Assembly: GCF_035084215.1 (NCBI RefSeq)
Contig: NC_090340.1
Coordinates: 14,136,001-14,200,000, forward strand
Direction: 5' to 3'
DNA: 64,000 nucleotides
Source: Heptranchias perlo
Taxonomy: Eukaryota
Part shown: in pieces, positions 49,750 to 64,000 of the stretch
Layout of the letters: every line of letters starts with the position of its first letter
Position numbering within the stretch: the stretch's first letter is position 1
Made by a program: the position numbers and the translations under genes
The notes under the pieces: generated by a model
Told to the model about the DNA's origin: nothing
Databases searched by the model: none
The model's input: the letters and a program-made list of their open reading frames with translations, nothing else

Positions 49750-52045
49750 CATAGTACAATAGTAGGCACAGCACAGGAGGAGGCCATTCAGCCCATCGTG
49801 CCTATGCCGGCTCTTTGAAAGAGCTATCCAATTAGTCCCATTCCCCTGCTCTTTCTCCATAGCCTTGTAAATTTTTTCCTTCAAATATTTATCTAATTCC
49901 CTTTTGAAAGTTACTATTGAATCTGCTTCCACTGCCCTTTCAGGCAGTGCATTCCAGATCATCACAACTCATTGGGTAAAAAAAAGTTTCCTCGTTACCT
50001 CTGGCTCTTTTGCCAATCACCATAAATCTGTGAGCTCTGGTTACCAACCCTTCTGCCACTGGAAACAATTTCTCCTTATCTACTCTAACAAAACTGTTCA
50101 CAATTTTGAACACCTCTATCAAATGTCTCCTTAACCTTCTCTCTTCTGAGGAGAACAACCCCAGCTTCTCCAATCTCTCCACAGAACTGAAATCCCTCAT
50201 CCCTGGAACCAGTCTAGTAAATCTCTTCTGCACCCTCTCTGAGGCCTTGACGTCCTTCTGAAAGTGTGGTGCCCTGAATTGAACACAATACTCCAGCTGA
50301 GGCCTAACCAGTTTATAAAGGTCTAGCATAACTTCCTTGCTCTATGCCTCTGTTAATAAAGCCCAGAATTCCATATGCTTTTTTAACAGCCTTCTCAACT
50401 TGTCCTGCCACCTTCAAAGATTTGTGTATGTGTACCCCCAGGTCTCTCTGTTCTTGCACCCCCTTTAAAATTGTACCATTTAGTTTATATTGCCTCTCCT
50501 CATTCTTCCTACCAAAATGCATCACTTCACACGTCTCTGCGTTAAATTTCATCTGCCATGTGTCTGCACATTTCACCATTCTGCCTATGTCCCCCTGAAG
50601 TCTGTTACTATCCTCCCAATTATTTATTACATTTCCGAGTTTTGTGTCCTTTGCAAACTTTGAAATTATACCCTCTACACCCAAGTCCAGGTCATTAATA
50701 TATATCAAAAAGAGCAGTGGTCCTAATACTGACCCCTGGGGAACACCACCGTATACTTCCCTCCAGTCTGAAAAACAACCGTTTACTGTTACTCTCTGCT
50801 TTCTGTCCCTTAGCCAATTTTGTATCCATGCTGCCATTGTCCCTTTAATCCCATGGGCCTCAATTTTGCTAAGTCTATTATTTCGTACTTTATTAAATGC
50901 CTTTTCAAAGTCCATATAGACAACATCAACCGCACTACTCTCATCAACCCTCTCCGTCACTTCATCAAAGAACTCAATCAAGTTAGTCAAACACGATTTT
51001 CCTTTAACAAATCTGTGCTGACTTTCATTTATTAGCCCATACTTTTCCAAGTGCCAATTAATTTTGTCCTGAATTATTGTCTCAAAGTTTCCCCACCACC
51101 GACGTTAGACTGACTGGCCTGTAATTACCAGGTTTTGAACAGGGGTGTGACATTTACAATCCTCCAGTACCACCCCCATATCTAAGGAGGATTGGAAGAT
51201 TGCGGCCAGAGCCTCCGGAATTTCCACCCTTACTTCCCTCAGTAACCTAGGATGCATCCCATCTGGACCGGGTGACTTTTCTACTTTGAGTACTGCTTAT
51301 CTTTTAAGTACCTCCTCTTCATCTATTTTTATCCTATTCAATATCACTATTACCGAGAAGCATAGAATGGTTACAGCAATCTAGTTAGTCCCATTCCCCC
51401 ACTCAATCCCCGTAGCCCTGAAAATTTTTTCCCTTCAAGTATTTATCCAATTCGTTTTTGAAAGCCGCGATTGAATCTGCTTCCACCACCCTTTTAGGCA
51501 GCGCATTCCAAATCATAACAACGGGCTGCGTAAAAAAGTTTTTCCTCAAGTTTGCCTGTGGCTCTTTTGCCATCCACCTTAAATTGTGTCCTTTGGTTCT
51601 CGACCCTATGGCCAGCACTTCTGCAATTTCCACCCTTACTTCCCTCAGCAACCTAGGATGCATCCCATCCGGACCGGGTGACTTATCTACTTTAAGTACA
51701 GCTAGCCTTTCTAGTACCTCCTCTTTATCAATTTTTAGCCCATTCAGTATCTCAACTATATCTTCCTATACTGACACTCTGGCACCATCTTCTTTCTTGG
51801 TAAAGACAGATGCAAAGTATTCATTTAGTACCTCGGCCACCCCCTCTCCATGCATAGGTCTCCTTTTTGGTTCCTAATCGGCCTCACCCCTCCTCTTACT
51901 ACCCGTTTACTATTTATATGTCTATTGAAGACTTTTGGGTTCCCTTTTATGTTAGCCGCCAGTCTATTCTCATACTCTCTCTTTGCCCGTCTTATTTCGT
52001 TTTTTAGATCTCCTCCGTATTCTCTGCATTCAGCCTGGTTCTCAC
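49750..52045 (-). mobile_element. CR1 LINE ORF2 fragment with a nested CR1 3' piece (about 51360-51605)
   Basis: ORFs 49940-51050 carry RT motifs; a second CR1 tail starts near 51360. Confidence 0.9.
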
Positions 52046-52164
52046 GGCTAGTGGCAGTGCACCTACTTCTATAAGGCTCCCTCCAGTGCCAACACCTGAG
52101 GGAGCTTCAAACCAGGGCCCCTGCCCCTCAACAAGGCAGTGACACGGGGCACCCTGACAAATTT

Positions 52165-54183
52165 TTTTTTTATTCATTCATGGGATGTGGGCATCACTGG
52201 CGAGGCCAGCATTTATTGCCCATCCCTAATTGCCCTTGAGAAGGTGGTGGTGAGCCGCCTTCTTGAACCGCTGCAGTCCATGTGGTGAAGATTCTCCCAC
52301 GTGCTGTTAGGAAGGGAGTTCCAGGATTTTGACCCAGCAACGATGAAGGAATGGCAATATATTTCCAAGTCGGGATGGTGTGTGACTTGGAGGGGAATAT
52401 GCAGGCGGTGTTGTTCCCATGTGCCTGCTGCTCTTGTCCTTCTAGGTGGTAGAGGTCACGGGTTTGGGAGGTGCTGTCGAAGAAGCCTTGGCGAGTTGCT
52501 GCAGTGCATCCTGTGGATGGTACACATTGCAGCCACAGTGCGCCGGCGATGAAGGGGGTGAATGTTTAGGGTGGTGGATGAGGTGCCAATCAAGCAGGCT
52601 GTTTTGTCCCGGATGGTGTCGAGCTTCTTGAGTGTTGTTGGAGCTGCACTCATCCAGGCAAGTGGAGAGTATTCCCTCACACTCCTGATTTGTGCCTTGT
52701 CGACGGTGGAGAGGCTTTGTGGAGTCAGGAGGTGAGTCACTCGCCGCAGAATACCCAGCCTCTGACCTGCTCTTGTAGCCATAGTATTTATGTGGCTGGT
52801 CCAGTTAAGTTTCTGGTCAATGGTGACCCCCAGGATGTTGATGGTGGGGGATTCGGCGATGGTAATGCCGTTGAATGTCAAGGGGCGGTGGTTAGACTAT
52901 CTCTTGTTGGAGATGGTCATTGCCTGGCACTTGTCTGGTGCGAATGTTAATTGCCACTGATCAGCCCAAGCCTGGATGTCGTCCAGGACTCGCTGCATGC
53001 GGGCTCGGACTGCTTCATTTTCTGAGGGGTTGCAAATGCAACTGCACACTGTGCAATCATCAGCGAACATCCCCATTTCTGACCTTATGATGGAGGGAAA
53101 GTCATTGATGAAGCAGCTGAAGATGGTTGGGCCTAGGACACTGCCCTGAGGAACTCCTGGGGCTGAGAAGATTGACCTCCAACAACCACTACCATCTTCC
53201 TTTGTGCTAGATATGACTCCAGCCACTGGAGAGTTTTCCCCCTGATTCCCATTGACTTCAATTTTACTAGGGCTCCTTGGTGCCACACTCGGTCAAATGC
53301 TGCCTTGATGTCAAGGGCAGTCACTCTCACCTCACCTCTGGAATTCAGCTCCTGCTTTTTGTGGACAGGACATACCTGGGCAATTTTCCACATTATCAGG
53401 TAGATGCCAATGTTGTAGCTGTAATGGGACAGCTTGGCTAGAGGCGCAGCTAGTTCTGGAGCACAAGGCTTCAGCACTACAGCCGGGATGTTGTTGGGGC
53501 CCATAGCCTTTGCTGTATCCAGTGCACTCAGCCATTTCTTGATATCATGTGGAGTGAATCGAATTGGCTGAAGACTGGCTTCTGTGATGGTGGGGATATC
53601 GGGAGGAGGCTGAGATGGATCATCCACACGGCACTTCTGGCTGAAGATGGTTGCAAACGCTTCAGCCTTGTCTTTTGCTGGACTCCGCCATCATTGAAGA
53701 TGGGGATGTTTACAGAGCCTCCTCCTCCCGTTAGTTGTTTAATTGTCCACCACCATTCACGACCGGATGTGGCAGGACTGCAGAGCTTTGATCTGATCCA
53801 TTGGTTGTGGAATTGTTTAACTCTGTCTATAGCATGCATGTAGTCCTGAGTTGTAGCTTCACCAGGTTGGCACCTCATTTTTAGCTACGCCTGGTGCCGT
53901 TCCTGGCATGCTCTTCTACACTCCTCATTGCACCAGGGTTGATCCCCTGGCTTGTTGGTAATGGTAGAGTGAGGAATATGCCGGGCCATGAGGTTACAGA
54001 TTGTGCTGGAATACAATTCTGCTGCTGTTGATGGCCCACAGTGCCTCATGGATGCCCAGTTTTGAGCTGCTAGATCAGTTCTGAATCTATCCCATTAAAC
54101 ACGGTGATAGTGCCACACAACATGTTGGATGATATCCTCAGTGCAAAGACGGGACTTCGTCTCCACGAGGACTGTGCGGTGCT
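52165..54183 (-). mobile_element. Distinct shark LINE family (RT plus poly(A)-like tail), degraded
   Basis: DIKAAFDRVWH, GVPQGSVLGP, FADD and LGVTIDQKLNW motifs; the same tail occurs near 23640, 26300 and 60770. Confidence 0.85.
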
Positions 54184-54184
54184 C

Positions 54185-56768
54185 AATAAAAAATTGAGGG
54201 TGGCAGTGAAGATCAGGATGTCGAATCAGTATGGGTGGAAATAGGAAACAACAAGGGGAAGAAAACACTGGTGGGAGTAGTTTATAGGCCCCCTAATAGT
54301 AGCAATACCGTTGGATAGAGTATTAATCAAGAAATAATAGGAATTCATAACAAACATGATGCAGTAATCGTGGGGGACTTTAATCTTCATATAGACTGGG
54401 CAAATCAAATTGGCAAAGGTAGTTTGGAGGATGAGTTCATGGAATGCATTTGAGATGGTTTCCTAGAGCAATATGTCATGGAACCAACCAGGGAACAGGC
54501 TATTTTAGATCTTGTATTATGTAATGAGATAGGGTTAATTAGTAATCTCACAGTAAGAGATCCTCTGGGGAAGAGTGATCATAATATGATAGAATTTTGC
54601 ATTGAGTTTGAGAGTGACATACTTAAGTCAGAAACTAGAGTCTTGATCTTAAATAAAGCCAATAGGTATGAGAGGCAAGTGGCTAAGGTAGATTGGGAAA
54701 CCAAATTAAAGGGTATAACAGTTGAAAAGCAATGGCAAACATTTAAAGAAATATTTCAATATTCTCAACAAATATACATTCAATTGAGGAATATAAACAC
54801 CGCGGGAAAAGTGATCCACCCGTGGCTAACTAAAGAAGTTAAGGATAGTATTAGATTAAAAGAAGAGGCCAATAATGTTGCCAAGAAGAGTAGTAAGCCT
54901 GAGGATTGGGAGAGTTTTAGAAACCAACAAAGGACGACCAAAAAATTGACAAAAAGAGAGAAAATAGAATATGAATGTAAACTGGCAAGAAATATAAAAA
55001 CGGATTGTAAGAGCTTCTACAAGTATGTAAAAAGAGAGAGTAGCAAAAGTAAACGTGGGCCCCTTGAAGGCTGAGGGAGGAAAAATTACAATGGGGAATC
55101 AGGAAATGGCAGATGCGTTAAACAAATATTTTATATCTGTCTTCACAGTCGAAGACACAAAACACATACCAGAAATAGTGGGGAACAAAGAGACTAATGA
55201 GAGTGAGGAACTTAAAGTAATTAATATCGCTAGACAAAAAGTACTTACGAAACTAATGGGACTAAAAGCTGATAAATCCCCTGGACCTGATGGCCTACAT
55301 TCTAAGGTTCTAAAAGAGGTGGATGCATTGGTTATGATCTTCCAAAATTCCCTAGATTCTCGAACAGTCCCAGCGGATTGGAAGGTAACAAATGTGACCC
55401 CGCTATTCAAGAAAGTAGGGAGAGTGAAAACAAGGAATTACAGGCCAGTTAGCCTGATATCAGTCGTCAGGAAAATGCTGGAATCGATTATTAAGGAAGT
55501 GGTAACAGGGCACATAGAAAATCATAATATGATTAGGCAGAGTCAACATGGTTTTATGAAAAGGAAATCGTGTTTAACAAGTTTATTAGAGTTTTTTGAG
55601 GCTGTAACTAGCAGGGTAGATAAAGGGGAACCAGTGGATGTAGTATATTTGGTTGTTACACAGGGTAAGGGCTCACGGGGTTGGGGGTAACATATTAGCA
55701 TGGATAGAGGATTGGTTAACAGACAGAAAACAGAGAGTAGGGATAAACAGGCCATTTTCAGGTTGGCAGGCTGTAACTAGTGGGGTGCCGCAAGGATCGG
55801 TGCTTGGGCCTCAGCTATTTACAATCTACATTAATGACTTAGATGAAGGGACCGAGCGTAATGTATCCAAGTTTGCTGACGATGCTAAGCTAGGTGGGAA
55901 AGTAAGCTGTAAGGAGGACACAAAGAGTCTGCAAAGAGATATCGACAGGTTAAATGAGTGGGCAAGAAGGTGGCAGACGGAGTATAATGTGGGGAAATGT
56001 GAGGTTATTCACTTTGGTAGGAAGAATAGAAAAACAGAATATTTTTTAAATGGTGAGAGACACTTGGGTGTCCTCATACAAGAAACACAAAAAATTAGCA
56101 TGCAGGTACAGCAAGCAATTAGGAAAACAAATGGAACATTGGTCTTTATTGCAAGGGGGTTGGAGTACAAAAGTAAGGAAGCCTTACTACAACTGTACAG
56201 GACTTTGGTGAGACCACACCTGGAGTACTGTGTACCATTTTGGTCATCTTATCCAAGGAAGGATATATTTGCCTTAGAGGCAGTGCAGCGAAGGTTCACT
56301 AGATTAATTCCTGGGATGAGAGGGTTGTCCTATGAGGCGAGGTTGAGTAGAATGGGCCTATATTCTCTGGAGTTTAGAAGAATGAGAGGTGATCTAATTT
56401 AAACATATAAGATTATGAAGGGGCTTGACATGGTAGATGTTGAGAGGTTGTTTCCCATGGCTGGAGAGTCTAGAACTAGGGGATATAGTTGCAGGATAAG
56501 GGGTCGGTCATTTAAGTCTGAAATGAGGAGGAATTTCTTCACTCAGAGGGTTGTGAATCTTTGGAATTCTCTACCCCAGAGGGCTGTGGATGCTGAGTCA
56601 TTGAATATATTCAAGGCTGAAAGAGAGAGATTTCTGGACTCCAGGGATATGGGGATCCGGCAGGAAAGTGGAGTTGAGGTTGAAGATCAGCCATGATCTG
56701 ATTGAATGGTGGAGCAGGCTCGAGGGGCTACGTGGCCTATTCCTGCTCCTATTACTTATGTTCTTATG
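54185..56768 (+). mobile_element. CR1 LINE ORF2, frameshifted
   Basis: Successive ORFs 54478-56696 carry endonuclease and RT motifs; CR1 tail ttatgttcttatg. Confidence 0.92.
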
Positions 56769-59276
56769 TTGTGGAGTTTGCCTGGAGTTCAGTTTGCAGC
56801 ATGCAATACAACCCAGTTACACCTCGTGAAGCAAAACCAAGGAGATGCAGTTCCTTAGGCAAATCCAGGTTAAATGCACTTCTGTCGACAGATACAAGTT
56901 GGAAGATCGTGGTGTGTACAGTAAGTCTACCTCTGGTGCAATCTCATGTGCCAGTTACTGCTCCTTGTTCTTTCTCCAGAAGGATTCCCATTGGAAACCC
57001 ATGCAATTGGTTTAAAAGGTGCCATAAACCAGCGACTGTCAAAATCTTTAGCACAAAATGTAACCTAAGTGGCACCAAAAAACAGCAACCTCCTCCCACA
57101 ATAGACTTGTACTGCAAATAACTATAAATCCAAACCTGTCACTACAGCTTTAAATCCACTTTCAGGAACGAATCCCACAACCCTGAACACCTGTTTTGTA
57201 CGGGTGTGACAAAGGCACATCGTATTCCTAGAATAAAACAGGAGAAGTTGCACATTTTCAGCATAATGCATTTAAACTTAATTCTAATAAATATTTAGAT
57301 ACAAGACTTCCCAACTGTCTTTTTGGCAAGATCTTCCTGCTACTAAGTGGTCACCTAACCAAAAGATGTGTCGTGCATTATGGGCAAAGAAACAAACACA
57401 AACTGTACCCAGACTTCTGAACCCCTTTCCCTACAAGCCATTTTACATTAGCACTGGCAGCATAAATTGTTGAAAAAGGTGCCACCATTTGTGCTGTAAG
57501 CTATTGGAAAACTCTTGACATGTCAGCATCAGCAATTCCCATTCATCACAGGCACTGTGTGTCGCTGTTCATTTACCAGACATGCTGACATTGGAGTTTG
57601 TTCTAATTTTTTTGATTGACAGTTCTGTAGGCAGAGACAACTCACATTGGGAAATAAATAGACGCTTTCACTAGTTTGTTTGGTCACTTTTGTTTCTTTG
57701 TATGTATGGGTCACTAGTGGAGCAGGACTCTGCACAAGTATACACATAAAAAGCTCAAAAGGATTTATTTTGGTGTCAAAGTTTCAAAAGTGCTAGCAAA
57801 AAATTCAACATTGCATTACTATTTTCCATCTGATTTGTTTGCTTTTGTGTATTAAGCTTAATTGATGCTTTTAGTCTGAACGTTATGGTTGATCAGTGGG
57901 ATGTTTTCCACCACTATGAGGTCATGTTATTTGCAGTGACTGTCAATGGTAGAAGAGTTTGTTGTTTGCTCCATGGCAATAATAACCCAGAAAGTTTGCA
58001 CACAAGGCAGTTTGGTTTACAGGAAACGAAGGGTGACCTACGCAATCTGACTTTTACAGAGAGCACGAATAAAGCCCAAACTGAACAGAATTCCCCAGCG
58101 TCCTGGCTATAACATCACCAAAAAAATGATCAGCTGGTCAGCCATGTCATTTCTGTTTATGGGATATTGCTGGATGCAAAAATGACTGCCCTCTTCATCT
58201 TCAGAATGCACTTCAAAAAGCAACTCTTTGTATGAGGTGGTTGGGAGATTTGAGAAGTGATAACACACAATATAAATTCATGTTCATTCTTTTACCTCCA
58301 GCAATACCAGCCTCATCTTGGACAGGAAGTTTTTTTTTGTAGTTTGTGTGGAGATCAGAGCCAGGAGATTCACACCGACTACACAGCTCTTTGGAGCTCA
58401 GGCACCTTTGTGGGAAGGAGCCAGCACAGACACATAGGGCCAGATGACCACATTCTGTGCTGTCAACTTCTATGGTTCAAAGTATGGGGCATTGGATCTT
58501 GGTTTGGGGGGTTCCTGACAAACCAAATTTTATTGAGGCCCATGTGGAGCACCCCCACTCTTGTTAGGGTAAATAGCCCTCACTCCGTGCACAGCAGTTG
58601 GGTCAACCAACGTCATCTTAGCTGGATACAGCACTCCTGGCTCTGGCTCAGAGTAGGGGTTTAAAGGGCACACTGGGTAATATTAAAGGATTGCTGCAAT
58701 GTTGGAGGTGCACACTTTCAGGAGATGCTAATCCATCTGACTGTTTAGGTGAACATTAAAGCTCACATTGCACTATATGAAGAGCTGGGATCTGTCCAAG
58801 ATACCTCCCATAACCAATAACGTAAAAACATTTAATTCATCTATTTGCTGGTGTAGATTGTTATTTAGGCAAACACCATAGCCAATCATTGCATTAATTC
58901 CAGTTATGTTATGGGGTTTTTGAAATCTGCATGAACCAGTTTAAAAAAAGACAGCAGCACCACCAAGTATTGCATTCTCCCAAAATTGATGTTCACGACC
59001 AAAAATCTTACCACAAGAGACTGTGCTAGGCTACTAAGTAAATACATTGGGTAAGATTTTTTAGCTTCTGAGAAATGCAAAGTGGAAATTAAAATTGGCT
59101 TTAAATGGAGAGTGAGCACACAAACAGAATTATTTAAATATTTATTCTTCAAAACTTTAGAATTACATTAGTTTTACTTCTAGTAGAATACAACAGGACA
59201 GTTAATAAAATTATGCAAGTTGTAGTGACAGGATAGAAAAAAATCATAGAAGTTCATTACACAAGGATTACCAATA

Positions 59277-59282
59277 TTTATT
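59277..59282 (-). terminator. Candidate polyadenylation signal of the anillin-like gene
   Basis: AATAAA on the minus strand about 1 kb after the stop codon; a second one near 59141. Confidence 0.55.
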
Positions 59283-60288
59283 GTATTACATTAGATTATA
59301 TGCAAAATTAGTTACTTGTAATCTTGCATTGATAAAAGTGCAGAAAATATCTGGCCTTAGTAAAGGGTGGTTATACAGACATTTTGAACTATTTTCTCCT
59401 TTCCCTACTCAGTCAATTGAAACCAGAGCAGCATTGGAGCAAGTCCACTTTTTGGGGACTGACAACAAATGCTGACACAGGTACCAGCTCAAATTGCAGG
59501 CCGCATCCTCAAAAGTTGTTCAGAGTGAATGAAAACAGTGACCAGATTGGCCCCAAGAACAGCAATCTCTTCAACATAAAGACAAATGAAAAATTCCTCC
59601 TTATCCCCTCCATCATTTTGAGTAAATGGACCATCTGTTGTGGATACCAGGAAGGTTCAGCTTTGATCCCCAATTTGTGTTTGCTGATTTCAGCTAGGAC
59701 AGCAGGAGATAAAACAAGGCTCCCAATGCTGATCACTACACAGCAGTTACTGCTGGAAGTGTGGGAGAGGACAATCAGGCTTGGTTATGGCACCGTCCTC
59801 AATCACAGGGTCTGCCAACACTCAATGTCTGGGCTCTCGCATGAAGAACAGCCAACTGTGAGATACCAGAGCGCTGCCAGCATCCAAAGTTCAGGGAGAG
59901 TTTCCTCTTTGGCACTCCCAGGGGCACATATTCAGAAGATGGCACCCGATTTTCCATTAAAAGGAATGAGTGGAATATCATGGGCTGGAGGTGTGGAAGC
60001 AGAAAGTATCCCATATTCCAGCACAAGTCAACACTTTCAGAAGAGTTAAAATGGGGGGGATTGAGGGAAGAATTAAGTTAAAGTAAAGAGGGGTCAAATG
60101 TATTTCATTATTCTTTGGATTAATCTTGGTTAGCAATGGTTTTCTTAGCAGCAAAGTTCTTTCCTAGAGACCATTAAAAATTCTAAAATAATTCAAAGTG
60201 GTTGTGTATGTCGGCAACTTAAATATCAAACACCTCCCCCTTGTGGCAAGAAGCTGCTCTCACACGATGGACCACCACAAAACCAGCT

Positions 60289-60415
60289 TCAGATTCCATC
60301 CTTGGACACTAAGGAGTCTGGTGTCAGTTGCCATGTTCTAAGGTTTATCAGAACCTGGTTCAGTTTCTCCATCCATTGGTTTCTCTCTTCTTTCGTGTCA
60401 GCTGACAGCCAGTTC
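60289..60415 (-). CDS. ANLN: Anillin-like protein, terminal coding exon (end of the PH domain)
   Basis: Encodes [41 protein letters not shown]; acceptor ttttgcag; phase matches the upstream exon. Confidence 0.9.
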
Positions 60416-60664
60416 CTGCAAAAGAATTCATAACAAGCACCAGGTTAACAGTTGGATTGTTACTCCCTATTCTATTTATACTGAAATCTTAATATTCTCC
60501 ATTTGAGTTTCTATCCAAGGTAAAACAAGTCAGTGTTTCATACAAGTATCTGAGGCTCATGCCCCAATATGTATCTTACTGTCTGAATCAAGGACACCCC
60601 ACGACAAGTTTGTTTTTAGATCCTAAAGTTGAAATGCTGCATCCTGTCAGCATTATTTGGGTGT

Positions 60665-61645
60665 TAGAATCATAGAATCTTACAGCACAGGCGGCTGCCA
60701 TTCGGTCAGTCATGCCTATGCTGGCTCTTTGAAAGAGCTTTTTCCCCATAACACTGCAAATTTTTTTTTAAAAATTCGTTCATGGGATGTGAGCGTCACT
60801 GGCAAGGCCAGCATTTATTGCCCATCCCTAATTGCCTTCAAGAAGGTGGTGGTGAGCCGCCTTCTTGAACCGCTGCAGTCCATGTGGTGAAGGTTCTCCC
60901 ACAGTGCTGTTAGGAAGGGAGTTCCAGGATTTTGACCCAGCGATGATGAAGGAACGACAATATATTTCCAAGTTGGGATGGTGTGTGACTTGGAGGGGAA
61001 CGTGCAGGTGGTGTTGTCCCCATGTGCCTGCTGCCCTCGTCTTTCTAGGTGGTAGAGGTTGCGGGTTTGGGAGGTGCTGTCGGAGAAGCCTTGGTGAGTT
61101 GCTGCAGTACATCCTCTTCAAGTACGTGTCCGATTGCCTTTTGAAAGTTCCTATGGAATCTGATTCGACCACTCTTTCAGGTAGTGCGTTCCAGATCTTT
61201 AAAAAATTCTCATTTCCCCTCTAGTTCTTTTGCCAATTATTTTAAATCAATGACCTCGGTTTCCTCTGGCAAATGGGTCGGTAACCAGTTTCCTCCTACT
61301 TGCTTTATCAAAACCCCTGAATTTTGAATACCTCTATTAAATCTACCCTTAATCTTCTCTGCTTTAAAAAGGGGAACAATCCCAGCTTCTCCAATCTCTC
61401 CACATAACTGAAGTCCCTCATCCCTGGTAATCCTCCTCTGTACCCTCTCTAAGGCCTTGATATCCTTCCTAAAGTGTGGTGCCCAGAATTGTATGCAGTA
61501 TTCCAGCTGAGGCCCAACCAGTGATTTGTAAAGGTTTAGCATGACTTCCTTGTTTTTGTATTCAATGCCCCTATTTACAAATCCAAGTATCCCATATGCT
61601 TTCTTAACCACATCATCAATTTGCTCTGCCACCTTCAAAGATTTG
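60665..61645 (-). mobile_element. CR1 3' fragment interrupted by the tail of another LINE (about 60770-61108)
   Basis: PQLEYCIQFWAPH motif; the nested tail matches 52170-52510. Confidence 0.85.
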
Positions 61646-62102
61646 TGAATACTCACCCCCCTGGTCACCTGCCGTATATGTACCTTAAGTGAAATAGCAA
61701 CAGGTGTCAACACTTGGCCATTGGGATTTAATTCATCAGAAAAATAAATGAAGCCAGACAGTCTATTTCTTACAACATGCACTCGCTTGGTAGGTGCGCA
61801 CAATTTAGGTAAGAATTTGCAGGCGTGCAACTTGGAATTTTGTGCGGACCACATGTACCCATGTCAGTCACAAAAAAGATGCTGTCAGTGAAAGAAAACC
61901 TGTAAGTGGGGAAATAAAGTGTGGTTTCATGAAAGCTTTGGTTTGACCCTGCAGCTGCAACAAATGAAGGGAAAGGAAGGTTCTACTGATGTCAGAACTA
62001 CTTTGTACTCATGGACAAGAGGATATATGGACAGATTAGTGATGGGATGAAGAGGAAGAGAAAACTATTGCTGTAAGTCAGCACAATACCCACAACATTC
62101 AC

Positions 62103-62470
62103 TTTATAGAATCATGCAGCACAGGAGGTCGTCATCTGGTCAATCGTGTCCGTGCCAGCTCTTTAAAAGCTATCCAATTAATCCCACTCCCACTCTTTCC
62201 CTACAGCCCTGTAAATTTTTCCTTTAAGTATTTATCCAATTTCCTTTTGAAAATTACTACTGAATCTGCTTCCACCACCTTTTCAGGCAGTGCATTCAGA
62301 TCATAACTTGCTGCGTAAAAAAATTCTCATCTCCTCTCTGGTTACTGATGCACCCGCCAGTGGAAACAGTTTCACCTCATTTACTCTATCAAAACCTCTT
62401 AATTTTGAACACTATCAAATCTCTCCTTAACCTTACCTGCTCTGAGAACAATCTCTAGTCTCTCCAACAA
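62103..62470 (-). mobile_element. CR1 3' tail
   Basis: Similar to 49760-50170. Confidence 0.75.
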
Positions 62471-62864
62471 TAATTTGATGAAATATCCTGATGCATTTGT
62501 TTTGTGTTTTTTTAAAAATAAGTGCAGACTATGCACAAGATTAAGAAAAAACAATAGTAAAAGGGTCAGCTGGGCTCAATTTATAGTAATGTTGCACCTG
62601 GGTCAAAAGATTGTGTATGAAATCCTACTCTAGGACTTGGGCACTATGAAGGCTTGGACTTAGTGCAATACCTAGTTCCTTCTGTCTGTTTCAGGCATTC
62701 AAATGGATGTTAAAGATCTGATAGGACTGTTTGAACAGAGGATTCTCAGATCTTGGCTAACAACCCCCTAAAAAAGATTCACCAAGATCTAATAAGTTGA
62801 ATGACTAGTTAAATTATAGCAGTCATTTTATGCACTAAACAGTAATTGCACTTCCAAATATAAA

Positions 62865-63300
62865 AAAGGAACTTGGGTTTATATCTTTGTGGTGTCCTAA
62901 AGCGCTTCACAGCCAATGAATTATTTTTGAAATGTAGTCACTTGTTTTGCAGGTAAATGTGGCAGCTAATTTTGCACAGCCAGGTCCCATAAAGAAAAAG
63001 AAATGAGAAAAATGACTAGATAATCTGTATTTTTGGTGGTGTAGACCGAGGGATGAACTTTATCCTCGGACACTCAGTGAACTCTTTACTTTTCTTCAAA
63101 TAGTACTATTAGGTTTTTATCATCCAGCCGAGCAGGCAGATGGAGCCTTGGTTTAACATCTCATCTCTTGACAATGTAGTACTCCTCAGTACTGCACTGT
63201 AATGTCAGCCCAGATTATGTGCGCAAGTCCTGGAGTGGAGTTTGAGCCCCACAACCTCTAACTCAGGAGACAAGAGTGCTACCACCTGAGCCAAGCAGAT
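62865..63300 (-). mobile_element. Deu-domain SINE
   Basis: Reverse complement of the SINE family. Confidence 0.7.
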
Positions 63301-63716
63301 CCTCGTCAACAAAAGTAATTCACGGAAATGTTAAAGACACAAGGTGTCAGAAACATACAAGTCTTTTCTTTCTTCCATTACCAGAAAACGCAATGGAGTT
63401 GAAATTCAGAACCAGATACCAATGAAAGAAGCCTAATGAATCACATCAGCACTGCACCATTTACACAGCCCATATCGAATCAAAGTGCTTGCAGAGTTTA
63501 GAAAGTTGGAGGGGGGTGGGGGAGGGTGGAAAGAGTCAACCTGAGCCAGTGTTACTTCTCTCCAAAATCACCAGGTCAGTTTAAGGGGCTTCAAAACATT
63601 TTTTTTTGGTGGTTAGGGAAAGAGAGAGCAAAACATACAAGAAACCTTAAAATAATTAAACATAATCTACGTTTTAATACCAATTTAAAAAAGCACCTAA
63701 GGCTAACAAGACTTAC

Positions 63717-63889
63717 TTGGTAAAGCACAGTTTGTTTCTACACTGAACGATGAGGGTTTCACGATCATCTTTGCACTGTGGTCGTGCTGTAATCAGCTCA
63801 AATGTTTTGGGCCGAGAACAGAACTCACGGCTGGCAGGTTCAATCTTGTCCTTGGTGCAGTTGACCAAGTTAATACAGCCAATAGGTTC
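63717..63889 (-). CDS. ANLN: Anillin-like protein, penultimate coding exon (PH domain)
   Basis: Encodes [57 protein letters not shown](K); boundaries ccag| and |gtaagt. Confidence 0.92.
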
Positions 63890-64000
63890 CTGGGCAAAAT
63901 CAAATGTGTTAGTGCCTTAATATGTTTCTAAAATGGTTAAAATCCACGTACACAACTGGTATTTTAAAAAACTGAATTGCGCTATGTATACTATACAATT

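Noticed and set aside
59384-60049. 221-aa plus-strand ORF
   Set aside because: Antisense to the anillin 3' UTR, non-ATG start and no recognisable domain.

Overview
This is vertebrate genomic DNA, almost certainly from a cartilaginous fish, judged by its shark-type Deu-domain SINEs, CR1/L2 LINEs and Penelope-derived palindromes. The minus strand carries the first two coding exons of an aryl hydrocarbon receptor (AHR) paralogue (12325-12380, 9465-9649) and the last two coding exons of an anillin-like gene (63717-63889, 60289-60415). A CpG-island promoter at about 21.9-22.5 kb appears bidirectional: leftward toward AHR and rightward into a non-coding, 5'TOP-like snoRNA host gene (about 22.3-35.2 kb). 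That host gene is a ~3.5-kb higher-order tandem repeat whose introns hold eight box C/D snoRNAs resembling SNORD45. Six copies keep the 18S rRNA Um172 guide, none keeps an intact Am159 guide, and two have a rewritten guide and a mutated D box. An AHR intron also holds a young Penelope-derived inverted repeat with an intact minimal hammerhead ribozyme. Most of the remaining sequence, and nearly all long ORFs in the track, is retroelement debris. All calls were made by eye, and family names rest on remembered reference sequences.
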